From: Octopus vulgaris
Lineage: Eukaryota
Length of the DNA: 64,000 nucleotides
Direction of reading: 5' to 3'
Assembly: GCA_951406725.2 (NCBI GenBank)
Contig: OX597816.1
Coordinates: 33,728,001-33,792,000 of the forward strand
A model generated the notes under the pieces. That model saw only the letters and a program-made list of their open reading frames with translations, was not told the origin of the DNA and ran no database searches. This document shows, piece by piece, positions 27,793 through 41,652 of the stretch. How positions within the stretch are numbered: position 1 is the stretch's first letter; each line of letters starts with the position of its first letter. The position numbers and the translations under genes are program-made.

Positions 27793-29544
27793 CCTGTTTA
27801 CTTTTAATTTCCGTTGTTTCCCTTAACGTTATTATTTTCCTATCAAGCTATCAAGCTACGAAGTCGCACACATTGTAATTGAGAACAGTTCACAATAAAG
27901 CATACACACACACACCATGTATGTCTGCAATGCGTTGTGTGTGTGTGTCTGTGTGTCTGTGTGTCTGTGTCTGTGTGTGCGTGTGTGCAAATATACGCAC
28001 AAACATAACCTATGTCGCCATGTTTATTTTGTAACCAGAAGTCAATTGCTATCTGCTGCTGTAGAAAAAATCCGGATTCTTTGCGAACCGATATCCCAAT
28101 AATTATAAACAAACAGTTCGATATATTACTTAGTACATAGCATATGTTATCACACCGCTGGTGTGAAGCAATGAATTCTAGTTTAGATGATTGATTAAAG
28201 TGAAACAATATCTCTCACAAACGGTTCTGTTTTCATTTTTATCACTCTCCTACCCTTTTACCTGATATCAAATCGACAAAAAAAAAAGCAATAACCAAAA
28301 AAAAAATCGTATAACAACACATGAAAGCGCTTCAAGAAAACCATGTTATTTATCAGGTACTCCTGTGACAATGTTATATAAACTTGATTTTTCTACTATA
28401 TTTCTGTTTTGTGCATTTTTTTTTTTTTGGAACATTCGCTATTTTGGTTTTACTTAATCTTGTTAAATGTTAGATAAGGTTTATCGTTTTATGTAGTTGG
28501 TAATATTATTATCATCATTGTTATTATTCAAATTACTTTTTCAGTTTGTTGTTGGTGTTAAATGATGGATGTCTTTCATTTGTGTTGTTTTGTGATATTT
28601 TATGCATATATATTCGTAACTCTAAATAAATTGTTCTTTTCGATTTCTTTTTTTACCTTTATACGTAATTGTACACTTTATCTTTCACTGAATTTCACCC
28701 TGACACTAATTTATTCACTTTCACTTTCACAATATACATATATGTATATGTATGTACGCATATGATATTTCTCTATATTTTTATGTATATTTCTCTCTGC
28801 TATTATATCCCATTTTATATAACGATATAACTATCAATGTTATTTTTTTTTTTAATTTCAACTTAACTTTATTATTTTGTTCCTATTTTTGTAACGTATG
28901 TATATGTGCTGTTGAAACAACAAGTGCTCCATAAGCACGAGCTTCTTAGATCAATTCATTGTACGTATCATCCTCAGCAACACATCGGTCTTTCTAATCT
29001 CATGCTCTTTCGCCTAAAACACAAACACACATATATGTAAAAACATATATTCAGCTGTTTGTAACCGCTGACGTATTTTACATGGATATATGTAGATACA
29101 CGTAACATATCTAGATCGACAGTTAGATACAGACAGATGTGTTAAATACTTATTGTGGAGTGGATCTGAAATCACACATAAAGCTATGAATAATAGCACC
29201 TAAATATTGTTGAGTTGGAACATATAAAGTAGAAGGCAACCTGTGAAACACGAGCTAAACTTTTCTGTAGACATAAATGGACTTGTTTTAAGGAAGTACG
29301 TGGAATTTATTTTAATCTATTTCTAAAAAAAAAAACAATTCTTAGAAGAAAAAATAATATGTTTTCTACGGCATAAGAATTTTATAAAATGTTTAAAGAA
29401 TGCGACTGAATTGAGTTTTGGAATGGATCTCGAAGCACACAGAATGCTATAAGTAATTTTATCTTATTTGTACTTCCAGACCCATTTCAGAAAGCAATTA
29501 TTTCATGTTCTATCGAACATTTATAAAATTATTCTAACGTCTCA

Positions 29545-29621
<77 letters not shown>

Positions 29622-30779
29622 CATTCTCCTTACCAACTTTTTCTGCCTATGGTGTTACAGAAAGGGAATAGAGAATATGATTGACATATTTTCAAACATG
29701 TATTTGGGCCTTATATCAAACGATTTAGTCGGAGAACGTAACTGCACAGATTCGTCACTTAGCTAAACTTATTATCTCGCTATAAGATAATGGTAAAGAC
29801 AACAGTTTTACTATAAACAACCATCTGAGTATACCAACTCCACTTCTGCATTGATGTTTGATATAATTTGTCTTCGCATCATTAATACCCATGGGAAATG
29901 TATGGAAACTAGAAATTGTCATATCTCCCTCATGGTTATTGTTCTATTATAAATCTAAGCAATAATTTTAATAAGAACTAATACGCGTCATTTAGGCGTC
30001 AGATTATTTTCATAGATTTCAGGATTTTTTTGTTGGTGTTCTTTTGTAGGAAATTGGGGTGTTGACTACATCGAGTGTAGTTTATACAAAAAAGGAAAGT
30101 TGGATTTATTTAAGAGATCGGTGCCTATTAATGATATTGCGATTCATTAATGCCATTTCTTAGAGTCAATGCTATTTACTGGAACCATTCGCAACCAATT
30201 CGTCTTAAAATATTAACATGTTATGTCAAATTTTGAAAAGATTGATATAAGCAACTTAGTTTGAGGACATAAAAACGGAGCTAGAAGAAACTAGGAACCA
30301 ATTTATTTGTTTAAAATCACAATATGTAAACAATATGGTAGATCTTCGAATGGTCTCAAGAAGTTTGCGTCTTTGTTTTGTTCTCTATTTTGGAATTGAG
30401 AAAAGAAGTCATAGGTAATTTTTCAAAATTCTAAAATGAAAAAAATATAATAGAAGGAAAGAAGAGCGAAGGTGGAATTGAATTATTGCAAATAATTTGC
30501 AACTTATTCAATTCTGGTGTTTGACCAGATAAGAGGATTCGCATATGTGAATGTTTGAAAAGATTGTTTTACACAAACACATACACACACATACACACAC
30601 ACGAATATGTACACATACATACAGAAACCCATTTATATGAAGGTTTCAGAAAAGTTCTCATTTACCAGGTTCCTTTGGTGAACTGTAACTTAAAGCATTT
30701 GAGTGTCCAGTACGACAAACAAGATTTTATAACCACATTCATCTTTCAACGATATAATACTTATTTGGCTTCATAATTC

Positions 30780-31200
30780 ATGCTCATCCCGAAACAATCA
30801 ACACGTAACTCTTTAAGAGACCCTTCAATAGTCTTGAAAATCTCACAAAATTTATTATCATATAATTCTTTGGCCAATAGACATTTTGAAAAGGATGACC
30901 TATTTGTCGGTACTTTGACATGCCATTGCGAGAGAAAATGAACTTCGATTTATCAGCCTCTCATCTTTCTTCCACAACTGTTTTTTCATCCTGTGATGCG
31001 AGCAAATTTTATGCCTCAGGCTTATGATTTGAAGGGGGTTTGGAATGTAATTTTAAGCACCGCTAAAACAACAGGATTCAGTCTCTTTTATGATCCCAGC
31101 ATGAACAAATATCGTACTTTTGTAAGATGCAACTCTTGTTGAATTGCCTGTTATCTTTTTTTGACAAATAAACGAGCACTATTCTTATGAACATGTATTC
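30780..31200 (-). pseudogene. Possible highly degenerate hAT (Charlie/SPIN-like) transposase relic
   Basis: Minus-strand peptides RVASYK and SFSLAMACQSTD resemble the hAT motifs ASY.VA and FSLALDESTD; weak. Confidence 0.25.
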
Positions 31201-33159
31201 GTCTAAAAGAAATAAGACAAGTTGTACAGGAGGTAAGACATCTTAAGGATGCTTTTTCTGACCAACCAAATTTAAATTTGTACGATTTTATTGTTTAATG
31301 TTCTGTACTAATGAACAGACTGGCTGAAACACTACTTATCAAACTTCAAATCCTTCGAGTTTTGAAATTTCCATTCCACCGTCTAGGATTAATACAGTAA
31401 AATACCAGGCAAGTACCAAATATTAGAGTAATATTAGAGTATTCAGAAAAATTCGAAGATTATGTTTGTGGATTAGTTTAGCGGAAGGCTCTTTCATATT
31501 CTTTAACGTATCTCAGATTATAATGCCTTTTCAATTAGCTGAAATATTAGAGAACCTCACTTACTTCAACAGCATAATACAAATTTTAGGAATGTTACAA
31601 TTAGAACAAACAACATAAAAAGTGAAATATGTATATGAATAAACAATATAAATTAAATAAGAAAAATAAAGCAAAAGAAAACAGAAATAAAGTAATAACG
31701 AAATAAAAAAACTGATAAAATAAATAAAAGATGAAAATAGAATAGATAGAAAGAAAATATTTTTTTTAAAAAGCTATATAAATAAAACCGACTAACAGAG
31801 TGTAAGAGAGTTACGAAATTAACTCCAAATACGAGAGAAAGAAAAGCATATTTATATAGAGAGAAAAATTGTTGGAACCAAACCATTGTCATGTTTAGTA
31901 ATACTATCGATGAGAGCAGTTAAAGCTCGTAGTTACAAAAACAATTGATTATAAGTAACGATAAGAAACATCAGTACCGTGTTATTCAATCAATGAAATT
32001 AACTAAAAAATATCTTTGCATGTTCAAAAATAAGAAAGTATATAGACACAGAATTTATTTCTCCAATTCTATCAATATTATACAATCTTTTGTATAATAT
32101 CGAACAAAATGAAGAAAGAAAGAAGACAGAATTATGACAACTTAAAGAGATTGTTTCCAAAATGGTAACTACTTTTAGCTTAGATATTGCCTATAATATA
32201 GACATGCTGTACAGAATTTTCTACTTGTTTCAGACTAAGGTTTGAGAATAATAGCATGATAATATAGCTAATGTTCAATACTAGGTTTTGAAATGTATAG
32301 ATTGGTCATTAGCATAAATTTATGGTCATTACCATAAAACTGAAGTGTGTGTCACTTGTCATACCGGTTTGTTGTGTGAAGACAGTAAAATGGATCGTTT
32401 TCATATGTGAATTGGTTGTGTCTTTGAAATATGTTTGGCTTATATCTTTATTCATAGATACTGACGGAAGAGGAAATATCTTTACCAGAACTTGTATCTA
32501 CATTGAAATTGAATGATTGACTGTTGGTCGAACGTGAGACAAAGTAAAGAAGAGAAAGAATATGAATGATGCCATTAACGGTGTTTTCATGAATGAGAGC
32601 ATTTCCTCCTGTGTCTTCTACATTAAAGAGAAAGAAAGAGAGAGAGAGAGAAAATAAGTATGCGTCTCAGGTTGAACATATTTATAGTATACATTTATAT
32701 GAATCAACCAGAACAAAAAGTCAGCTTCCATGACCTTTGAAAGTAATTCCAGCCTGATTGTAACAATACCATTTAATGATCACTTTGGACAATGTCCTAC
32801 AAAGTTCTTTGTATGTGAAGTTTTATAAAATATGATAGTGTTTCTGTTGTTTGACCCCGGTGAACAGATTGGTGTTCAGATATGACCAAAGAGGCGCTCT
32901 CTGGAAATATCTTATCATTCAACTAGATACTGTGCGCTCAGGCCAATGTTCTATATTGTTTTTTTTTTGTCTTTTTCACCGATGCGTGGTTTGAATGAAA
33001 TTACTAGCACTTCTACTAATCGGATACAGAGACAGTCTTATGAGATCGTTGACACTGTTAGGAAGAAATATAGATGCTTTAACGCCGGAAGTAGGCAAAT
33101 GGAAACAGTAGTTGATTAGTTGCCATTAATCTCCATATCGATCGATCGATCGAAGGAGG

Positions 33160-33202
<43 letters not shown>

Positions 33203-33574
33203 GATAAACACATACAAACAGATAGTCAACAACTGCGGAATAGGTGCCGCTAACACCTACATCGTAAAACAAAGTCAGGGAATTCTGTTAGCGTCTCGGC
33301 ATTATATATATGCAGAGAAAATGCATCAAGCTGTAGTCGGAGCATGTAAAAACGGCCAGATAGCCTCCAGAAGTATATTTCATAATCCGTTTTTTTTTTC
33401 TTATATAAGGTATAAGTGCACGAGGCATCAGTACATGAAACTGCATTACTTTTCTCCAGGGACATTCCGAGACCAAAGACAATTTTTACTAATAAATGGA
33501 GACCATATAAGTACTTGAATTCAAAGATTTCCTTGAAAATCGGTCTTGTCTGAAGATGCTCATGGGCACTCATA

Positions 33575-33808
33575 ACTATTTCTTTATTACCCACAAGGGG
33601 CTAAACACAGAGGGGACAAACAAGGACAGGCAAACGGATTAAATCGATTACATCGACCCCAGTGCATAACTGGTACTTAATGTATCGACCCCGAAAGGAT
33701 GAAAGGCAAAGTCGACCTCGGCGGAATTTGAACACAGAACGTAACGACAGACGAAATAAGGGTACGTATTTCGCCCGGCGCGCTAATGTTTCTGCCAGCT
33801 CACCGCCT
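33575..33808 (-). mobile_element. SINE family A
   Basis: CGACCCCGAAAGGATGAAAGGCAAAGTCGACCTCGGCGGAATTTGAAC...TCTGCCAGCTCACCGCC is the reverse complement of the family consensus. Confidence 0.9.
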
Positions 33809-33982
33809 TGCTTATGGGCACTCATAAAATGGATTTCCATACAGTGCTTCTAAGCGTGTGTATGTGTGTGTATGAGGGTATAATTACAAACACGTGCATT
33901 CATAGAGCGGACAGTCTCAGTTACACAATTCAAAGCAAAAGTTGGACACTACATGTATAAGATCCAGCTCTATCTCTCTCCT

Positions 33983-34061
<79 letters not shown>

Positions 34062-34083
34062 GTGTACATTTAATCCCAAGAGA

Positions 34084-34335
34084 AAACTAACTTTTAACAG
34101 GTAATTCTTACACGCTAGAAGAAGCACCCAAAACGATCAAAACCGCATTTAATAGCAATTTTCGAAAAAAATTTAAAATAAAAACTTTTACCTTGTTATT
34201 TTTTTTTTTCGGTTTTACCTAGGTTTTGAAATTGCTTTAGCAAATAAATTTTCTTCGAAAATTGCCATTAAATGTGGTTTGGTCGTTTTAGCTGTTTCTT
34301 CTAGCATGTAAAATTTACCTGTTAAAGGGTAGTTT
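34084..34335. mobile_element. MITE-like foldback element with ~90-bp imperfect inverted arms
   Basis: 34084-34174 (AAACTAACTTTTAACAGGTAATTCTTACACGCTAGAAGAAGC...) matches the reverse complement of ~34246-34335 (AAACTACCCTTTAACAGGTAAATTTTACATGCTAGAAGAAAC...). Confidence 0.8.
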
Positions 34336-34371
34336 AAATGTAGACTATTTTATATTAAGTATATATTGTTT

Positions 34372-34772
34372 CTCTCTTTTACTCTTTTACTCTTTTACTT
34401 GTTTCAGTCATTTGACTGCGGCCATGCTGGAGCACCCCTTTAATCGAGCAACTCGACCCCGGGACTTATTCTTTGTAAGCCCAGTACTTATTCTATCGGT
34501 CTCTTTTGCCGAACCGCTAAGTGACGGGGACATAAACACACCAGCATCGGTTGTCAAGCAATGCTAGGGGGACAGACGCACAAACACACACACATACACA
34601 TACATACATATATATACATATATTCGATGGGCTTCTATCAGTTTCCGTCTAGCAAATCCACTCACAAGGCTTTGGTCGGCCCCAGGCTATAGTAGAAGAC
34701 ACTTGCCCAAGGTTCCACGCAATGGGACTGAACCCGGAACCATATGGTTGGTAAACAAGCTACTTACCACAC
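34372..34772 (-). mobile_element. SINE family B
   Basis: Near full-length reverse-complement copy with CORE-like CCTTGGGCAAGTGTCTTC, internal (TA)/(TG) tract and (GAGTAAAA)n tail. Confidence 0.9.
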
Positions 34773-36017
34773 ATACATGTTAGGCCACTGGTGGTGATAT
34801 TTCTAAAGAATATTTGCTACCCTATATAGAAAGAGAGAGAGAGGAGTGATGACAAAGAAATAAACGAACGGCATATGAACTTTATTAGCTTACAGCTGTT
34901 TCCGTCGTATGATGAGGAAGACTCATAATGGAGTTCATGGGTAAAACCAGGATTTGTTGAAGCTGTAAAATGTTACTCATGCACTCAAATGTGCCCACCG
35001 CATCATATAACGGAAACAGCTGAAGTCTATGGGATAAATGTTTGCTGAGTTCTTCATCAATTTATTAGTATAGCAATTATGTAGCTGTGTGTGTGTGTGT
35101 GTTCGCAACAAGGCTATGTGCATTATTTTTTACTAATAAGGAAGGGGTGATGAGGAAATAGCAAAATGACCAGACAATCACGTCAGAGGAACTGAGAATG
35201 ATAGAGTAGTGAACTTCCTCACCGTCGTACAATCTTGCCTTTATACATATTGATAACCTCACACACCTAGAGAATCTCAGACACTAAATTACACGTGTGT
35301 GTGTGTGTGTGTGTTAGAGGAAGAAGGATATTAAGACGATTGAAGGATAGGCACATCGGTAGATTTTACACAAACTTTTTTTTCAAATGAATTAACAGAA
35401 TAAACGCGATGAATGAACAATGTCGGGGGATGAGCAGTAAGTAGAATAGTGTTCCCTGATGTAATTCATGTCACTGACAGCTACTAACCAACAGCTGGCT
35501 GGATAGTCTCAATAATAGGTTGAAGCATACACGTACATATACACAAGTACGTACATGCATACACATACGCACGCACGCGCACACAGATGCACACACACAC
35601 AAACACAAATATACGGAGTCAGACATAACACCCATACACTGAATCATTTGCCGCCAGCTATTACTCAGAATTGTTCATTAAATGCTGTACATTGTTCCTG
35701 TGAACCAGATTTCATTGAACCAAACTGACATAATGAATCATTATTGTTGAAGTTTCCATCTAATTACAAAGCGGGTAAGATCAGAGGCTGAGCAATGACC
35801 CTGTATGACCTGTTGAATGTCACTTCTTTGCTCTGTCTGTCCAAATGACTCAGGCCTTTGCGCTGACACTTGTTTTAATTGAAGATAGAAAGAAAAAGAA
35901 AGGAAAATAAACCCTTCCTGAAATAACGCTTCATGTGAAGTTTGCTTGAGGTAAATAAAGCTAATACTTCCTCCTAATGTAATAGCAGGCTGACTTGTAA
36001 AATACAAATAGATAAGA

Positions 36018-36182
36018 TAGGTGCTGGAGTGGCTGTGTGGTAAGTAGCTTGCTTACGAACCACATGGTTCAGTGTTCAGTCCTACTCTGCGGCATCTTGG
36101 GCTAGTATCTTCTACTATAGCCTGGGGCCGACCAAAACCTTGTGAGTGGATTTGGTAGAGGGAAACTGAAAGAAGCCCGTCG

Positions 36183-36238
<56 letters not shown>

Positions 36239-36440
36239 CGTTTGTGTTTTTGTCCCCTTAGCATTGCTTGACAACCGATGCTGTTGTGTTTATATCTCCG
36301 TAACTTAGCGGTTCGGCAAAAGAGACAGATAAAATAAGTACTAGGCATAAGTACTAGACACGGGGTAGATTTGCTCGACTAAAGGCGGTGCTACAGCATG
36401 GCCGCAGTCAAATGACTGAAACAAGTAAGTAAGTAAAGTA
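36018..36440 (+). mobile_element. SINE family B
   Basis: A box TGGCTGTGTGG, B-box-like GTTCAGTCC, CORE-like TCTTGGGCTAGTATCTTC, internal (TA)n(TG)n, tail GGCGGTGCTACAGCATGGCCGCAGTCAAATGACTGAAACAAG(TAAG)n. Confidence 0.9.
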
Positions 36441-36499
36441 AAGCGTACATATTATATACCTGCATGTGTCTGCGAGTAAGCGAATGGTGCTTTTGTTAC

Positions 36500-36912
36500 G
36501 AGATTGTCCACAAGGAGCTAAACATCGAGGGGACAAACAAGGAAAGACAGAGAGAATTAAGTCGATTACATCGACCCCAGAGCGTAACTGGTACTAATTT
36601 AATCAACTCCGAATGGCTGAAAGGTAAAGTCGACCTCGGCGGAATTTGAACTCAGAACGTAACGGCAGACGAAATACCTATTTCTTTACTACCCAGAAGG
36701 GGCTAAACACAGAGGTGACAAACAAGAACAGACAGACGGATTAGGTCGATTATATCCACCCCAGTGCGTAACTGGTACATAATTTATCGACCCCGAAATG
36801 ATGAAAGGTAATGTCGATCTCGGCGGAATTTGAACTCAGAACGTAGCGGCAGACGAAATAGTGCTAAGCATTTCGCCTTGCGTGCTAACGGTTCTCTCAA
36901 CTCGCCGCCTTC
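36500..36912 (-). mobile_element. SINE family A, dimeric (duplicated 3' half)
   Basis: Two consecutive cores GAAAGGTAAAGTCGACCTCGGCGGAATTTGAACTCAGAACGTA; head ...CTCGCCGCC at 36910. Confidence 0.88.
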
Positions 36913-37964
36913 ATTAAGAATAGCAATTTTCCGCCGAGTATAATGTCTTGTATGAATTATTTTTAAGTAAAAATATAGGGGTCAATCACAAACCTCCAGA
37001 TACAAAAGCACAAACTGTGTTTATTACAAACCTTAGGAGAACATAATATCGAGAAGTGAAGAACTGGGAGATATGCTTGAGTGAATTTAATAATAGTATT
37101 CTGTATATCAATAGGTTGGCAGTGACATAACCCGTATGTGGTGGGCCCCCATGCTAGAAATAATTGTAATATATCCCTTTAATCACATCCAAAAAAACTT
37201 TGACGAGAACAGATTTTATATTATTTCACTGGGGAAGAATATATAGGATAACAATGGTTTGATTGTCTTTCATGAAATACCCACTTGACAGCGCTCACAG
37301 AAAAAAAACCCCAAAATGAACATTTCTAATACAAACTATATTAATCCAAATATTGTCGGTGAATATAAAGTTTCTGCCCACTAATTTTTATGGAATAAAT
37401 CAACCAATCTTGCCTGCTTAAATTAACAACTATACCTCACTGAAATCACATCCGATTTCAGTGAGGTATAGAAAGAAGGGTATCAACTGATAATTTTGTC
37501 TTCCATACATTCTTATTTTGTCTTCCATACATTGCTGCTTATTTTTCAACTGGAATATATTTGGTCACAAGTTTACTTAACCAGATGTAACTTGAGTTCA
37601 CAGTCTATAACTGGTGAGCAGAAAATCATGTACAACCTCTCTGTTCGAAGAATACTACCTAAACTGGCAAAATAACATTGTGCACATGGCATTATTTCCG
37701 TATCTGAAAATCTCAGCCGTCCGACGCATCATTATTATTAAGAGTCTGTCCCATCTGAATACCAAAAGTTGAAAAGAGTTCAACGATGATTTCTTCAAAT
37801 AGTTAGCAAGGTCACATCGGCTGAACATGAGGGAAGTGAAAGGAGAGGTTACAATGCAAAAGTGTCTCATCGAGCAAAAGCCAAGCACTTTGAACTCACA
37901 AGACCGGAATACTAGAAACTCTAGATCACCACAGTGATACTTCATTTTAACTGTTTTAGTCTCT

Positions 37965-38087
37965 GTAACAATTCTCGAAAGCAGTACAAGTAGTGAACGC
38001 AATTTCTGCAAATTGCGATTGGTTAAACATTATCTGCAGAATTCGATGGCAGAAAATAGACTGCACTGTGTAAGCAAAATTGCTTTG
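37965..38087 (+). pseudogene. hAT transposase C-terminal dimerisation domain relic
   Basis: VTILESSTSSERNFCKLRLVKHYLQNSMAENRLHCVSKIAL matches the hATC pattern T.P.S.AS.ERSFSKLKLIK.YLRSTM...RL..L. Confidence 0.7.
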
Positions 38088-38878
38088 ACTAAATAACATT
38101 CCAAAAATATCAATCATGAAATTACCGTTCTACTTTACAAGTAAAACTCTAAAATTGTGGAATAATCATATGTAGATTGTTATCTTGTTGCCGTGTTTCA
38201 CATCTCATTCTTTTTATTTTCTTTAAGAGCGCATTATTTTGAGAATGCTTTACAATTACATTGAGAATTGACGTTGAATTTCATCCAACATATAAAAATT
38301 CATATTACATTTATAAAAGAACTTTGTTTTTTCCTAATCTTTTCTGGGCGAACTGGCACCATCTTTGTATAACGCTAAACGGTATAGAGCGACAAGAACA
38401 ACGGCAATGAATTTTCGATGGAAAGAGATTGTTGTTGCTGTTATTGTCAAACATTCCTCCCAACCAGTTTGCCACCCATGAAGAATGGGACATTGTTTTG
38501 TCAACAGGATATGGTAACATATGTTAGGGATGAATAGCAGAAAATGTATTCAATGAAGTCAACTTAAAACAAGCTACCAATACTACCAATATTTCATCAC
38601 CAGAAATGTACCCATAATTAACAAGGTTCGATTCAATTCATACGAAATTAAGAATGAATAGACACATCACAAGAAGTTTGCATGTGAGGATGAGGTCTGC
38701 TTCTGCTTAATCGAACTCAATAACTGATATTTCATCCTGTTCTAAAACATGAAAACTTATATGCAAATTTCGTAGTTACTGGATCTGTACTCATACCACA
38801 GACCAACCCAATGCGTTGAATATAACCTTAATATCCAAGCGATAACTTGTATAATCAATTATATTATCCCGAGATCTT

Positions 38879-39096
38879 AGGGCGGCGAGCTGGCTAAATC
38901 GTTAGGGCGATGGACGAAATGCTTAGGGGCATTTCACTCGTCGCCACGTTCTAATTTCAAATTCCACCGAGGTCGACTTTGCCATTCATGCTTTCGGGGT
39001 CGATAAAATAAGTACCAGTTCTGTACTGGAGTTGTTCTAATCACCTGGCCTCCTCCCCCATATTTCAGGCCCTGTGTCTATAATAGAAAGGATTAT
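38879..39096 (+). mobile_element. SINE family A
   Basis: GGCGGCGAGCTGGCTAAATCGTTAG...GAGGTCGACTTTGCCATTCATGCTTTCGGGGTCGATAAAATAAGTACCAG...TAGAAAGGATTAT. Confidence 0.9.
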
Positions 39097-39380
39097 CCCG
39101 ATATCTTCAGCTCTACTGCATATTACCGATACCAGAAAGAGAAAATGCAGAGTCATACTAGTTGGGATTGAACACAGTTTGACTAATAAACACATCTACC
39201 ATTTCACGGTACTTTTGGTAAAGATAATAGTATTTATGAATAATATTTACTAGCTGTTCATGCCGAAGAAAACATGACTCTTTAATACAGTAGAGATGAC
39301 GTGGCAGCTTTTGTACCAACTCTCACTCTCTCACACACGGGTATAAAATATGGAATCATGAATGGATGTGTGTATTACAT

Positions 39381-39438
<58 letters not shown>

Positions 39439-40211
39439 TTTGTGCTTGTGTATATATAAGAGAAAATATGAATGGATATTGCTGAGACATTGTGTGTGCG
39501 TATGCATGTGTATACATACATATATATATATATATTATATATTTATGTATGTATACACCCATGTAACTGAGTATGTCTAGATATCTTTATCTCTGTGATC
39601 TATGTATGTGTTTACATCTGTGTATACACTTGTAAGTGGTGGAAATGTGTATGTGTGCTTATTGTAAGCATGCAGGAGATTATAGTTTCGAATATCACTT
39701 CCGTAAGTCGAGTACCTTACGCACATACCATCCATGCGGTTTCTCCACATAAGTCACGTATCAGTTTTCATGCAGACTAGAGCTGATTTATAACAAAACA
39801 CTCAATTACCTCGAGGTAATTAGAAGTGTGAGAGGCAGAGATTTACGCACAAACTCATTCACCGATACCTTGAGGCAACAACCATTAAGAGGTGGAGATC
39901 AACTGAAGATTTCTGCACCAACAGTTAAGCAATGCTTCAAGTTACTAATGTATTAACATTATGCTACGTCTCTTTCCCAAGACAACTAATATTTATTGGA
40001 AGCCATTTTGTTATGGTAATGTGATTTAAACTTATGTTTGCTCTGATGTAGTACGTCCACGCAGAAAGGCGTTCGATCCATAACCATTTCGGATTTCAGT
40101 GTATCAGTGATAACATTGCTAGGTAGGCAAAGTGTAGGTTTGATTTGAAGGAATTGTGTTTGGCTTTTCTACCAATTGTCACAAATAACACATTTAAGAA
40201 TAGATGCAATC

Positions 40212-40320
40212 GATAATGTAATTCCAGCTATACAATATTTGATAATGTAATACTAGATATTCAATATTTAATAATGTAATACTAGATGTACAATAGTTGA
40301 TAATGTACTATAATATACTA
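40212..40320. repeat. 29-bp minisatellite, about 4 copies
   Basis: GATAATGTAATACTAGATATACAATATTT variants start at 40212, 40241, 40270 and 40299. Confidence 0.75.
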
Positions 40321-41652
40321 TGCCTGAAAGGGATAAGGTGATTTTATGTTAAAAATACACAATGCCTGGAAGATACTGTTGGTAACATCGTCCTAGTTGT
40401 AATATATCTGATAGACATCTTTCATAATATCGTGCAAGATGCATTTTCTGAAAGATGTTCTATATTGCAACCTTGATGTGCTGTACCTGAAGGACACTTC
40501 AGTTTATATATTGCTAAATACGCTATAGTATAGTTTCTAACAATATCTTGGATATACTGAGTTTAAAAGAATAGGAACGTTCAGCGATGGAGCGTCATAC
40601 TCCATTGCTTTATTAATTAATGTAGTGAATTTTACTACCTAGCAAAATATGTCTAACAACTCACCAGTGTGAATACTTATGACCTTCTGAATAGCATGAA
40701 TCTTTTACAAGTATCATTGAATAACATGCAGGGAACAAGTTTACTACAATGGTTTTTCGGGACATCGTTAAAAACTATCTGTTTTGAAGGGGAAATTCAT
40801 CGATTTTTTTTCTCATCATATTCTTGTTAGGATCTACGATAATTCATCTAGAATTTATCAAATATTATTATACAAAACTGAGCTCTCTCTCTCTAATTTT
40901 AAAGACAACGGATTCCAATATCTGGTATGTAACACAGGTAATTCTGGACATATATGTGATGTAGTTATCTGCAAGCTAATTACTGCGGTAATTAATGATA
41001 ATCCATTATTTGTTGCATCAACCAACAGCTTAACTATATTATGCATATACACAAAAGCTTATCCTCAATACTACAAAATATATACAAAGAGGGAGCATTT
41101 GTGTTGCAGTACAATCTAGTAAAAACAGTAGCTTTGGCTCCCTTTTAATACGGTCTACGGCCGTTAGAAAGTAGACATCTTTTAATAGACTTAGATATGC
41201 TTTAAATCTAAATCTGGTAGCGGATGTACTCGACTAGAGTGTCTTTGACTAGATCTCCTCGGTTCAGTGGGGTGAGGGAAAATATGTAATAGTTTTGGGG
41301 AATTTTTTTCGGTTTAAGTCATTGAAATCTGGGTATGCTAGAGAAATTGTCTACGTGACTATAGTCGAGACTAGGAACACCATTATTTCTAAAAAAAAGA
41401 AAGCTGTTATTTCATGGAACCCAAATGTATGCAAAACTTATAATGCGTCGGTGGATATTAAGATGCTACATGGCGATTAAGATGCAAAATTATATTTTCA
41501 CTCGATGCTCAACAGACTTTGTGGAATGCAGCAGCTATTACTATTGTTTAAAGTTGAGTATGTCACAATTGTACAGACCTATGACCAAAAGATTTTAACA
41601 GGTTAATAACATTGTACTTTTTCGAGCACCATATTAATTATACGACATTATC

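Noticed and set aside
39804-39821. 18-bp perfect palindrome AATTACCTCGAGGTAATT
   Set aside because: Only 9 independent base pairs, plausible by chance in 64 kb of AT-rich DNA.
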